Source of the DNA: Armatimonadota bacterium
Lineage (GTDB): Bacteria > Armatimonadota > SYMT01
Assembly (NCBI GenBank): GCA_046292385.1
Contig: JBKBRF010000011.1
Span: 83,822 to 147,821 of the forward strand
Direction: 5' to 3'
Length of the DNA stretch: 64,000 bases
This document shows, piece after piece, positions 30,821 through 39,832 of this stretch. How positions within the stretch are numbered: position 1 is the first letter of the stretch; each line of letters starts with the position of its first letter. The notes under the pieces were generated by a model. The model saw only the letters and a list, made by a program, of their open reading frames with translations. It was not told the origin of the DNA and did no database searches. The position numbers were made by a program, and so were the translations under genes.

Positions 30821-31540
30821 ATGTTCATCACCTTCGAAGGCCCGGAAGGCAGCGGGAAGACGACGCAGATCGCGCTGCTGGCGGAGACGCTGCGGGAGAA
30901 AGGGCGCGAGGTGGTGGTGACGCGGGAGCCGGGCGGGGTGCCGGCGGCGGAGGCGATCCGGGAGCTGGTGCTCCACGGCCGCGTCTGGCCCGAAACGGAG
31001 GCGCTGCTCTTCCTCGCCGCCCGCGCCGAGCACATGCGGGAGGTGGTGCTCCCGGCCCTGGAGCGGGGCGCGGTGGTGGTGTGCGACCGCTTCAACGATT
31101 CCACTCTCGCCTACCAGGGCTACGGACTTGGGCTGCCGGTCGACCGGCTCCGCGAGCTGTGTGACTTCGCCTGCACCGGCCGCTGGCCGGACCTCACTCT
31201 GCTGCTCGACCTTCCGCCCGCCGCGGGGCTGCGCCGCCGCTTCGGCGGGGGCGTCTTCGAGCAGCTCCACCTGGAGATCGACCTCGGCGAGCCCGCCGGT
31301 CGCGCGGAGCAGGGAGCGGGGCAGGCGATCAACAAGATGGAAAACCGGGCGCTCGACTTCCACGAGCGGGTCCGGCAGGGCTTCCTCACAGAGGCAGAGC
31401 GCGCTCCGGGGCGAATATACAGGATAGAGGCCGCGCGCACCGTTAAGCAGGTCCGCCAGGAGATCTGGCGCGTGGTGAAATCCAGACTAACCGCAGTGGC
31501 TGCCGAGACCGTACCGGGGGCGAGGGAGGAAACGCGATGA
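30821..31540 (+). CDS. tmk: Thymidylate kinase
   Basis: FITFEGPEGSGKTT, TREPGG, CDRFNDSTLAYQG, PDLTLLLD, FHERVRQGF. Confidence 0.96.
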   Translation: MFITFEGPEGSGKTTQIALLAETLREKGREVVVTREPGGVPAAEAIRELVLHGRVWPETEALLFLAARAEHMREVVLPALERGAVVVCDRFNDSTLAYQGYGLGLPVDRLRELCDFACTGRWPDLTLLLDLPPAAGLRRRFGGGVFEQLHLEIDLGEPAGRAEQGAGQAINKMENRALDFHERVRQGFLTEAERAPGRIYRIEAARTVKQVRQEIWRVVKSRLTAVAAETVPGAREETR

Positions 31541-31866
31541 AGCTCGTAGTGGCCGTAATCCATGACCGCGACCAGCGGCGTACCAGCGAGACGCTGCTGA
31601 AGGCGGGCTTCAAGTTCACCAAGATCGCCAGCACCGGCGGCTTCCTCCGCGAGGGGAACGTCACGATGCTGATCGGCGCGAAAGAAGACGAAGTCGACCG
31701 CCTGCTCGCGCTCCTCGACGAGTCGTCGCACGCCCGCGAGCAGTACGTGAACGTGCTTCCGCCGGAGGCGACGCCGGTCGGGACGTTCCTCACCAATCCT
31801 GTTAAGGTGCAGGTGGGAGGCGCCATCGCGTTCGTGCTCGACGTGGAGCGATTCGAACGCTTCTGA
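31537..31866 (+). CDS. darA: Cyclic-di-AMP receptor, PII-like (DarA/PstA, DUF970)
   Basis: MKLVVAVI.D.D, TKIASTGGFLREGN.T, VQVGGA..FVLDVERFERF; tmk-darA-holB synteny. Confidence 0.9.
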   Translation: MKLVVAVIHDRDQRRTSETLLKAGFKFTKIASTGGFLREGNVTMLIGAKEDEVDRLLALLDESSHAREQYVNVLPPEATPVGTFLTNPVKVQVGGAIAFVLDVERFERF

Positions 31867-31889
31867 ACGCCGCCGCTGCCGGAAGCGAC

Positions 31890-32110
31890 GGTTAGCAAGT
31901 TGCAGGTTGCAGGTTGGCAGGTTCGGAACGCCGGCAGCAGCGTCGAAGTGAACTGCCTCACGACTGTTTGCGGAGTGACGCGCTTGCGCGGCCCTTCTCC
32001 CGGAGTGAAGTCGCCACCGCCCAGCACCGCGCGGTGGATCTGGCACCACCTACCGGATACACCACCGGGACGTCCCAACCCGCAACCTGACGACCTGCGA
32101 ACCTGCAACA
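31890..32110. repeat. GCAGGTT/AACCTGC element with about 150-bp core
   Basis: Left arm GCAAGTTGCAGGTTGCAGGTTGGCAGGTT; right arm AACCCGCAACCTGACGACCTGCGAACCTGCAAC. Confidence 0.7.
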
Positions 32111-32138
32111 CCCCCTCCCACGCTCCCGCTCAGTCCCC

Positions 32139-33242
32139 ATGACTCCGCTCATCGGACAGGAAAACCCGGAGGCGCTCCTGGCGCGCGCGCTGGCACAGGA
32201 TCGCGTGGGCCATGCCTACCTGCTGCTCGGGCCGTCCGGCAGCGGCAAGGCGAGTCTCGGCGTACGCTTTGCGGCGGCGCTCTGCTGCAGCCGGCAGCCC
32301 GCGGCGGCGCTGACCGGCGGCCGGTGGCGCCTCGCCCCCTGCCAGGAGTGTGAGAGCTGCCGCCGGGTCGCGGCCGGCACTCACCCGGAAGTCGTGGCGG
32401 TGCTCCCTGATTCCAAGACCGGGCAGGATATCTCCGTCGCCCAGGCGCGGCTGGTCCGGCAGAACGCCGCGCTGGCTCCCAAGCTCGGCACGCGGCGCGT
32501 CTACCTGCTCCCCAACGCCGAGGCGCTGAACGAGGTCTCCGCCAACGCACTGCTGAAGACGCTGGAGGAGCCGGCCGCGCCGGTGACGCTGGTGCTCTGC
32601 GCCCCAAACCCGAGCCAGGTCCTGCCCACCATCCGCTCCCGCTGCCAGACTGTCCGCCTCGGGCTGGTGCCTGCCGCCGAAATCGAGCTGGGCCTCGTCT
32701 CCCGCGGGGTCCCGACCGAGCTGGCGCCCGCCCTGGCGCGGGCCTGCGGCGGGTGTCCCGGGCTCGCGATGACGTGGGCGGAGGACCCGACCGTCCTCGA
32801 CCGCCGCCGCGCGGTGCTGGATGTCTTTGTCGCCGCCCTTCGGGCCCAGGCAGCCGGCCAGCCGTCGTACGGGGTGCTCGCGCTGCGGCTGGCGGAACAG
32901 CTCCGCAAGCTCGGAGAGGCGGAGAAGGACGACGAGGGCCCTGCGCGGCCCGCGAAGGTGGTCCACGCGCAGAACCTCGATCTCGGCCTCACCTTCCTGC
33001 GAGACCTCCTGCTTCTTCGCCAGGGAGCCGATCCGTCACTATCGCAGAACCAGGATCGCGTCTCACAGTTAATAGAGATGGCGATACACGCGGAGCCCGC
33101 GCGGATCCTCGACGACATCGAGGTCGTCCGCGAGGCGCAGCAGCTCCTGGACCGGAACGTGACCCCCCAGCTCGTGCTGGAGAGGATGTTCTGGGCCCTC
33201 ATCTCCGGCCGTATTCCGCTTTACGAGCCGCTGTTTGATTAG
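32139..33242 (+). CDS. holB: DNA polymerase III delta' subunit
   Basis: HAYLLLGP.G.GK, CQECESC zinc module, HPE, ANALLKTLEEP, LPTIRSRCQ. Confidence 0.93.
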   Translation: MTPLIGQENPEALLARALAQDRVGHAYLLLGPSGSGKASLGVRFAAALCCSRQPAAALTGGRWRLAPCQECESCRRVAAGTHPEVVAVLPDSKTGQDISVAQARLVRQNAALAPKLGTRRVYLLPNAEALNEVSANALLKTLEEPAAPVTLVLCAPNPSQVLPTIRSRCQTVRLGLVPAAEIELGLVSRGVPTELAPALARACGGCPGLAMTWAEDPTVLDRRRAVLDVFVAALRAQAAGQPSYGVLALRLAEQLRKLGEAEKDDEGPARPAKVVHAQNLDLGLTFLRDLLLLRQGADPSLSQNQDRVSQLIEMAIHAEPARILDDIEVVREAQQLLDRNVTPQLVLERMFWALISGRIPLYEPLFD

Positions 33243-33361
33243 GGTCCGGGGTATAGGGGTTAGGGTATAGGGAGCCACTCCGAAGGCTCTTCTCTCTTTT
33301 CAGGAGCGGGCCAGGGTGAGGCCGCGCCAGCCGCCGCCGTCTTCACGAGACCATTACCGAG

Positions 33362-34207
33362 ATGATCAGCCAGCCGAAACAGACCACCACTCCCTCCACG
33401 GGGCCCGGCGCCGACACCCAGCCGGTGGCGGCAGGGCCGCGTCCCTGCCCGAACTGCAGCGCCACGGTGCCGGCGGACTGCGCCTGGTGCGCCTCGTGCG
33501 GACTGCAGGTGGCCGACCCGTGCTGGGAATGCGGGCGCGGGCTGCCGGCGGGTACCGCCTACTGCCCCGCCTGCGGCACCGCGAACACCGAGCCGGCGGT
33601 GGTGCAGTGCAGGCAGTGCGCCTCGACCGTCCAACGGGGCCACGTCTACTGCACGCAGTGCGGCACGCAGGCCCGGCTGGCGTGCCGGGAGTGCGAGCGG
33701 CCGCTCCGGCGGGAGTGGAAGCAGTGCCCCGCGTGCGGCGGGGACCCGGAGTGGGAGGAGTCCGGAGTCGGCCAGGAGCCGGCGCGGCTGCGCGGCGACG
33801 AGCCGAACGACCCCAGTGCCTGGCTGCAGGCGGCGCCGAAGACGCGGGAAGCGGATGACGCCAACGCCGCGGCCGTGAAGGCGTACGAGGCCGGCCGCTT
33901 CGCGGAGGCGGCACGGCTGTTCGAGCAGGCGGTGGAGCTGGATCCCACCAACGCCGGCTACTGGACCAACCTCGGCGTGGCCTACGGGGAGTGCGGCGAC
34001 GACTTGCAGGCGTTCACCGCGTACCGCCGTGCCGTGGAGCTGAACCCGGGGGAGGTCTCGGCCTATTTGAACATGGGTTACCTCTACATGGAGCGGGAGC
34101 GCACGGCGGAAGCCCGCGAGATGTGGGAGAAGGTGATCGCGCTGGCGCCGGACAGCAGCGAGGCCGCGGAGGCCCGCCAGAACCTGTCCGGCGCGGAGGA
34201 GGTGTGA
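33362..34207 (+). CDS. Double-zinc-ribbon repeat plus TPR protein
   Basis: Eight CxxC pairs followed by three TPRs (AVELDP..YWTNLGVAY). Confidence 0.85.
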   Translation: MISQPKQTTTPSTGPGADTQPVAAGPRPCPNCSATVPADCAWCASCGLQVADPCWECGRGLPAGTAYCPACGTANTEPAVVQCRQCASTVQRGHVYCTQCGTQARLACRECERPLRREWKQCPACGGDPEWEESGVGQEPARLRGDEPNDPSAWLQAAPKTREADDANAAAVKAYEAGRFAEAARLFEQAVELDPTNAGYWTNLGVAYGECGDDLQAFTAYRRAVELNPGEVSAYLNMGYLYMERERTAEAREMWEKVIALAPDSSEAAEARQNLSGAEEV

Positions 34208-34208
34208 G

Positions 34209-34568
34209 ATGAGCGATGGCAGCGATCTGGGCGAGCGCGCCCTCACGGCGGCACAGAACCTGGTCCGCAAGGGCCAGGACGTGGCGCGGCGCGAGGCCCG
34301 GGTACTCCGCCTCCAGGCGCAGATGACGCGGCTCCGCAGCCAGAAGCAGCGGATCTTCTACGACATGGGGCAGAAGGTCTTCACCCTGTTCGAGCGAGAG
34401 CTGGTGAAGAACCAGGAGCTGCGCATGATGTGCCAGCAGATCCGCAGCATCGATGCGGAAGTGGAGATGCGCCGCGAGGAGATCGAGCAGCTCCGCCGCC
34501 GCGAGAACCAGAGCGAGGGGGGCGTGGACCAGGACGCCGAGATCCTGGACGATATCACCCCACATTAG
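34209..34568 (+). CDS. Small coiled-coil hypothetical protein
   Basis: Heptad-rich 119-aa ORF, GGAGG RBS, follows the previous stop by 1 nt. Confidence 0.75.
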   Translation: MSDGSDLGERALTAAQNLVRKGQDVARREARVLRLQAQMTRLRSQKQRIFYDMGQKVFTLFERELVKNQELRMMCQQIRSIDAEVEMRREEIEQLRRRENQSEGGVDQDAEILDDITPH

Positions 34569-34697
34569 CGGGTAGCGTGTAGGGTGTAGCGTGTAGGTCT
34601 TTGGTGACTGGGTGCGCCATCCGCGGGCCGCTGCTACTCTCGGGCGGGGTGGCGGGACGGGGTAAGAATCGGGGCGAGGTAGCCAGGGGGGCGAGCT

Positions 34698-35405
34698 ATG
34701 TCCGAGCCGGAGCTGAAGCTCAACAGTCTCTCGCGCTACTCCAAAGATTCGCCCCGCCTGGTGCGCGAGGAGTACGGCCACTGTGAGGTCCCTGCCGGCT
34801 GCGGCGGGGCGGTGCTGCGCTGGCGCGATCCGGATGCCGGAGTGCCAGTGCCGGTAAAGCTCTACACTGCCGGCCGCGGCGAGACTTACCTGGACGGTGC
34901 GCCGCTCACCGCCGGCCGGCCGCTGATCTCGTTCGGGGATCATCAGCTTGCGTTCGAGATCTCGGGACTCGACTTCCGCTACCTGGTCCTCTCCTTCGCC
35001 GCGGTCTACCGGGAGACGGAGGAGGACGGAATCCAGCGGTCGCGACTCACGGGAGAGCAGGTGACCGTGCTGTCCGCCCCGGACGGCACGTGGAAGTACT
35101 CCACGGAGCCGCCGGGGGATCCGCGCTGGCGGGAGCTGGAGTTCGATGACTCTGCCTGGCGCTCGATGGTCGAGAAGACCGCGCGGCCTCAACCCGCCGA
35201 TCCGGAGGCGTACGACCCCGATCGATGGCGCATCGAGTGGACCACCGATCTGGGCGCCGTCCCCCTCGGCATTCCGCTTCCGCCGCCCGCGGCGTGGGAG
35301 CGCCTGAAGCTGTTCGGAGAAGGCGAAGCCCCGCCCGCCGTTTCGAAGCTCTGGGTGCGTAAGCGGTTTACGATCACCCGCCGGGAGGGGAATGGCGATG
35401 CCTGA
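34698..35405 (+). CDS. Hypothetical protein: N-terminal LNSL..HCEVPAGCGG segment plus galactose-binding-like domain
   Basis: DGTWKY..PP..W...FDDSAW and WVRKRF resemble sugar-binding beta-sandwich domains; overlaps the rSAM gene. Confidence 0.75.
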   Translation: MSEPELKLNSLSRYSKDSPRLVREEYGHCEVPAGCGGAVLRWRDPDAGVPVPVKLYTAGRGETYLDGAPLTAGRPLISFGDHQLAFEISGLDFRYLVLSFAAVYRETEEDGIQRSRLTGEQVTVLSAPDGTWKYSTEPPGDPRWRELEFDDSAWRSMVEKTARPQPADPEAYDPDRWRIEWTTDLGAVPLGIPLPPPAAWERLKLFGEGEAPPAVSKLWVRKRFTITRREGNGDA

Positions 35406-36771
35406 CGCGCCTGCCGCCCCCGCGAGAGAGCCGCTCGTCGTCATCCCCCAGTACTTCGGCTGCCTCGTGTTCGATCGCCGCACGTCCCGCTACGTCCCGT
35501 TCGACGTGGAGGCGACCGCGCTGCTGCTCCAGCTTCGCGAGCTGCCGGTCGACGCCGTGCTGGCGCGCACTCCGGATGCGGATCGGCGGGGGCGGATCAT
35601 CGACTTCTTCGAACAGTTCTACGGTCTCGGCTACTTCACGCTGGAAGGGCGCCTCTCCGCGACCGTGCTCGACCTGGAGGTGCCGGAGGACCACCTCGCC
35701 GGGCCGCTCTCGCTCCACCTGGAGGTGGTGGCCGCCTGCAACCTGACCTGCACGCACTGCTTCGCGGGGGCGCTGCCGCGCCGTGAGGAGCCGCTCTCTC
35801 TCGCGGAGCTCGACCGTCTCTTCGGCGAGATGGCCGCGCTCGGCACCTTCCGCCTCGGGCTCACCGGCGGCGAGCCGCTGCTGCGGAAAGACCTGCTCCA
35901 GATCATCGACCTCGCCCTGGGGCACGGGCTCTGTCCGTGCCTCACCACGAACGGCCTACTCCTGACCGAAGAGCTCGCCCGCGAGCTGGGAAAGCGCGAG
36001 CTTCTCTGGCTAAACGTGAGCCTGGAAGGGGCGACCGCGGAGACCAACGACCGTGTCCGCGGGATCGGCACGTTCGACCGGGTGCTGGAGCGATTGGAGC
36101 TGCTGCGGAAGCACGCGCGGTTTACCCTCGCATTCACGCTGATGCAGAGCAACGTCGCCGAGGTCGAGGCCTGTGCGGAGCTGGCGGCGCGGGTCGGCGC
36201 GCACACCGCCGTCTTCCGGCCGCTCTATCCGGTCGGCACCGCGCAGGAGCATCTCGACCTGATGCCGACGTTCCAGCAGTATCACGACGCGCTCGACCGG
36301 CTGGTGGCTCTGGAGGGCCGGGAAGCTGCCGGCGGGTTTGACCTTCGCCCGATCGACCCGTTCACGCCGCAGCTTCGCCAGGAGACGCAGTCGCGCGTTC
36401 ACCAGAACTTCGGGTGCGGTGCGGGAAACCTCGTGTGCTCCGTCTCGGTCTCCGGCGACGTGAACCCGTGCAGCTTCCTCGGTCCCGCCTTCGTGGCCGC
36501 CAACGTACGGGAGCAGTCGCTGGCGGAGATCTGGCACCGCAGCCAGGTCTTTCAGCAGATGCGGAGCCTGGTCATCGACGAGCCGGCCGGGCGGGACGAG
36601 ACTGCCCGCTTCGCCGGCGGCTGCCGCGCCCGCGCGTTGGTGCTGAACGGCTCCGTGGATGCCCCGGACCCGTGGATCACGGAGCAGGCAGCCGCGGACG
36701 GCGCCTCTGCCCGACCCGTGCGCAGCCCGCTCCGGGTGCTCGACGTGGCTCCGGAGCGGCGAGGACTTTAG
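35392..36771 (+). CDS. Radical SAM/SPASM-Twitch protein (PqqE/MftC-like) with RRE-like N-terminus
   Basis: CNLTCTHC, TGGEP, TTNG, VSLEG, CGAG..C.....GDVNPC, GGCRARA. Confidence 0.9.
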   Translation: MAMPDAPAAPAREPLVVIPQYFGCLVFDRRTSRYVPFDVEATALLLQLRELPVDAVLARTPDADRRGRIIDFFEQFYGLGYFTLEGRLSATVLDLEVPEDHLAGPLSLHLEVVAACNLTCTHCFAGALPRREEPLSLAELDRLFGEMAALGTFRLGLTGGEPLLRKDLLQIIDLALGHGLCPCLTTNGLLLTEELARELGKRELLWLNVSLEGATAETNDRVRGIGTFDRVLERLELLRKHARFTLAFTLMQSNVAEVEACAELAARVGAHTAVFRPLYPVGTAQEHLDLMPTFQQYHDALDRLVALEGREAAGGFDLRPIDPFTPQLRQETQSRVHQNFGCGAGNLVCSVSVSGDVNPCSFLGPAFVAANVREQSLAEIWHRSQVFQQMRSLVIDEPAGRDETARFAGGCRARALVLNGSVDAPDPWITEQAAADGASARPVRSPLRVLDVAPERRGL

Positions 36772-36783
36772 AGGGCTTCTCGA

Positions 36784-37920
36784 ATGGGCTCTGCAATCGG
36801 CTGGCATTCCTCGCTGTACGACCCGCAGCTCGATCCCACGCGGCTGCTCGAAATGGGTGCGGAGCGAGAAGCGGCCGGGGACCTGCACTTTGCGGCCACC
36901 GCTTATGAGGTGGCGCTCGGGCGAGAGCCCGGAAACCCCGCCGCGGAAGCAGCGCTCGGCCGCGTCCTGGACCGGCTGGAGATCGTGGAGCACGGGCTCC
37001 GCTTTCGCTACGTCCCCGGCGGCCGATACCTGATGGGCTCGGAGACCGGAGATCCGGACGAGCAGCCGGTGCACGCCGTAGAGCTTCCCCCGTTCTGGCT
37101 CACCGATACCCCGGTTACCTGGACCGACTACTGCCGGCTCATGGACTGGACACCCCCGCCCGGCGGAATACCGGAGTCTCGACGGCCGTCGGGCGAGGGC
37201 TTCGATCCGATCGTCTTCGGAATTCGCCTCTCGAGGCAGATGCGGCTGCAGTATTGCGAAACCGAGGCCCAGAAGGCGATCGATTGGCACGCTCATGATC
37301 CGGAGTCGATCTGGATGCAACGCGGCGAGCAAAAGACGGCACAGGAGCTCTTCGGCGAGCCGCCCCGGCGGAACCCCCGCGCACCCTGGACGTGGGATCA
37401 GAAGCCGATGATCGCGGCCGGATGGGAAGATGCCCGGGAGTTGGCGGCACGCCTCGCTGCTCCGGCAGTGGAGTATGGCCTCCCCACCGAGGCGGAGTGG
37501 GAGAAAGCGGCGCGCGGAGGCCTCGCCGGTCGCCGGTACTCGTGGGGAGATGAGCCGCCGACACCGGAGCGCTGCGACTTCGACCGCTGGAGCGAGTTTT
37601 CCATCCGGGTCCCGCGGGAGCTGCCGCCGAACCGCTACGGGTTGTACGGGATGTGCGGCGGGGTGTGGGAGTGGACGGCGGACTGGTACGACGCCGCCTA
37701 CTACCGCGAGAGCCCCGGCTGGCGCCCCGCCGGGCCGGAGCAGGGCGAGGAGCGTGTGCTCCGCGGCGGCTCGTGGGCCGACTCCGCGGAGGCGGTCACG
37801 GTCAGCTTCCGAATGTCGCGCGCCCCCTCCGGCTGGCGGGATCGGGACGCGATCAGTCACTTCACTCCCAACTTCGGCTTCCGGCTCGCCCGCCGGGACC
37901 CCGCCCTCTCTGCCTTGTAG
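36784..37920 (+). CDS. Formylglycine-generating enzyme (SUMF1) fold protein with N-terminal TPR-like helices
   Basis: VPGG.YLMGS, DEQPVH, LPTEAEWEKAARGG, PNRYGLYGM.GGVWEW, RVLRGGSW, GFR; lacks the FGE catalytic Cys pair. Confidence 0.88.
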   Translation: MGSAIGWHSSLYDPQLDPTRLLEMGAEREAAGDLHFAATAYEVALGREPGNPAAEAALGRVLDRLEIVEHGLRFRYVPGGRYLMGSETGDPDEQPVHAVELPPFWLTDTPVTWTDYCRLMDWTPPPGGIPESRRPSGEGFDPIVFGIRLSRQMRLQYCETEAQKAIDWHAHDPESIWMQRGEQKTAQELFGEPPRRNPRAPWTWDQKPMIAAGWEDARELAARLAAPAVEYGLPTEAEWEKAARGGLAGRRYSWGDEPPTPERCDFDRWSEFSIRVPRELPPNRYGLYGMCGGVWEWTADWYDAAYYRESPGWRPAGPEQGEERVLRGGSWADSAEAVTVSFRMSRAPSGWRDRDAISHFTPNFGFRLARRDPALSAL

Positions 37921-38022
37921 TCCCAATCGAGCCGGCCACACCGGCCGCACGTCACGCCCGGCCGCTTTCGTTCGTACCTGCCTCAAAGCCGCTTCCGGGC
38001 GGCGAACACGAGGAGGTCGACG

Positions 38023-39819
38023 ATGAGACGGGTAGGTTTTGCGTTCGGGCTGGTGGGGCTCGCGCTGGCGGGCACCCTCGCCTCCGCCCAGGGCTCGGAC
38101 CTGGTGGTGCACGAGTGGGGCACGTTCCTCTCGATGCAGGGCGCGGACGGGGTCACGCTGGACGGCATGTACCACGAGGAGCACGCGCTGCCGGCGTTCG
38201 TGCACGCGCGGAGCACGGACCAGCTCCGCATCCCCTCGGTCCTCACCAAGGGGGAGACTCCGGTGATCTACTTCTACACGCCGCGGGCCCAGCGCGTGAA
38301 GGTGAACGTCCGATTTCCTTCCGGCATCTGGACGCAGTGGTACCCGGAGGCGAGCTTCGTGGGACCGCAGTACGTGGCGGCGGGGTCCCCGGAGAACCCG
38401 CGGAACGGGCACCTGAGCTGGGTCGTCGACCTTCTCCCTACGGCCGAGAAAGCGCCCGCCCTGCCCTCCGCCGGAAAGGATGCGCTCTGGAATCACTCGC
38501 GGGAGGTCGACGCGGCGTACCTCCGCACCCGCTCGCTGGAGAAGAAGGACGCCGTCGAGCACGAACGGTTTCTCTTCTACCGAGGACTGGGCCAGGCGGA
38601 GCTGCCCTTGCGGATGGAGCATGCCGCCGGCGGCACGCTCACCTGGGATGCGAATACGCCCTATCCCGCTGCCGACCTATTCGTCCTCCGCGTGGAGAAC
38701 GGGCGCGGCGCGTTCCGCTACCTGCCCTCGCTCGGACCGGGCGCCAGCCGCAGCGGGGTGATTCCGTCGATGCACGACGCCCGCCCCGTGGAGCAGTTCA
38801 CCGCTTCCGTGGCGAAGGCTCTCGCGGAGCGGCTTACGGCGGCCGGGCTCTACGCGAAGGAAGCGCGGGCGATGGCCAATACCTGGCGGAGCAGCTACTT
38901 CCATACGGAGGGGATCCGGGTGCTCTACCTGCTGCCGCGGCAGTGGACCGACGCCTACATCCCGCTGGAGCTCGATCCAAAGCCGAAGGAGCTGGTGCGG
39001 GTGATGGTCGGCCGGCTGGAGCTGCTCACCCCGGAGCGCGAGGCCCGGGCGGACCAGGCGGTGCGCGACCTCGCCTCCTCTAATTCAGCCCGGCGGGAGC
39101 GCGCCTTCGCGTATCTGCAGGACCAGGGCCGCTACGTGGAGCCGGTAGTCCGTCGCGTGCTTCGCAGCTCGAGCGACGAGCAGGTGCGGACCCTCTGCCG
39201 CCGTCTCCTGCACACCGGCTGGGTCACCTCGCTGCGCGCCGCGGTCCACCACGCCGCCACCGGGAAGCGGATCGATCCTACCGCGGGCGGGAAGCATGCC
39301 CGCACCTACCTGCGCGCGCAGCTTGCCAGCGTGTTGAAGGAGATCGGGCTGGACGAGGAAGCGCGCCAGGAAGCGGAGCCGGCGCTGCAGGAGCTGCGCC
39401 GCATGCCGGCACCCGCCTTCGAATCGGCCGCGGCCCGGCAGTACCTGCGGGCGAAGGCTCGCGCGATCGAAGGGGCCGGGGACGACCGGGCTACCGCGGA
39501 CGCCTACGAGACCTACGTCCGCTACGCCGCGCAGGTGAAGACGTGCGGCGGCTGTCACGACCAGGAAGGGCCCCGCACGATGGCGTGGTTCCGCGACTGG
39601 TGGGCCGGCGACAAGCTGGCGGAGTACTTCGCGCGGGCCGGCCGCACGGAGGCAGCGATCCGGGAACGTGAAGCGGCGCTGCAGCGGAGGCCGAACGATA
39701 CCGCCTCGCAGATGATCCTGGCCTACCTCTACGCGCGAGACGGCGACCGCCGGCGAGCCGACCAGATGTGGGCCCGCATCGCCCCGGAATCCCCCACCCG
39801 CCGCGTCGCTGAACGATAA
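38023..39819 (+). CDS. Exported hypothetical protein (VHEWGTF/ETPVIYFY family) with helical-repeat tail and CxxCH
   Basis: Signal peptide; LVVHEWGTF, ETPVIYFY, EHERFLFYRG, GLYAKEA.AM, RVMVGRLE; KTCGGCHD near the C-terminus. Confidence 0.75.
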   Translation: MRRVGFAFGLVGLALAGTLASAQGSDLVVHEWGTFLSMQGADGVTLDGMYHEEHALPAFVHARSTDQLRIPSVLTKGETPVIYFYTPRAQRVKVNVRFPSGIWTQWYPEASFVGPQYVAAGSPENPRNGHLSWVVDLLPTAEKAPALPSAGKDALWNHSREVDAAYLRTRSLEKKDAVEHERFLFYRGLGQAELPLRMEHAAGGTLTWDANTPYPAADLFVLRVENGRGAFRYLPSLGPGASRSGVIPSMHDARPVEQFTASVAKALAERLTAAGLYAKEARAMANTWRSSYFHTEGIRVLYLLPRQWTDAYIPLELDPKPKELVRVMVGRLELLTPEREARADQAVRDLASSNSARRERAFAYLQDQGRYVEPVVRRVLRSSSDEQVRTLCRRLLHTGWVTSLRAAVHHAATGKRIDPTAGGKHARTYLRAQLASVLKEIGLDEEARQEAEPALQELRRMPAPAFESAAARQYLRAKARAIEGAGDDRATADAYETYVRYAAQVKTCGGCHDQEGPRTMAWFRDWWAGDKLAEYFARAGRTEAAIREREAALQRRPNDTASQMILAYLYARDGDRRRADQMWARIAPESPTRRVAER

Positions 39820-39832
39820 GCTCGAACCGAAC

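Noticed and set aside
35392..36771. Calling the rSAM gene pqqE or mftC
   Set aside because: No PqqA/MftA precursor or other pathway genes nearby; auxiliary Cys pattern incomplete
36784..37920. FGE-fold gene as a diversity-generating retroelement target
   Set aside because: No reverse transcriptase and no second copy of its 3' region (template repeat) seen in the window
36784..37920. Active formylglycine-generating enzyme or sulfatase maturation locus
   Set aside because: The segment after RGGSW lacks the catalytic cysteines and there is no sulfatase nearby
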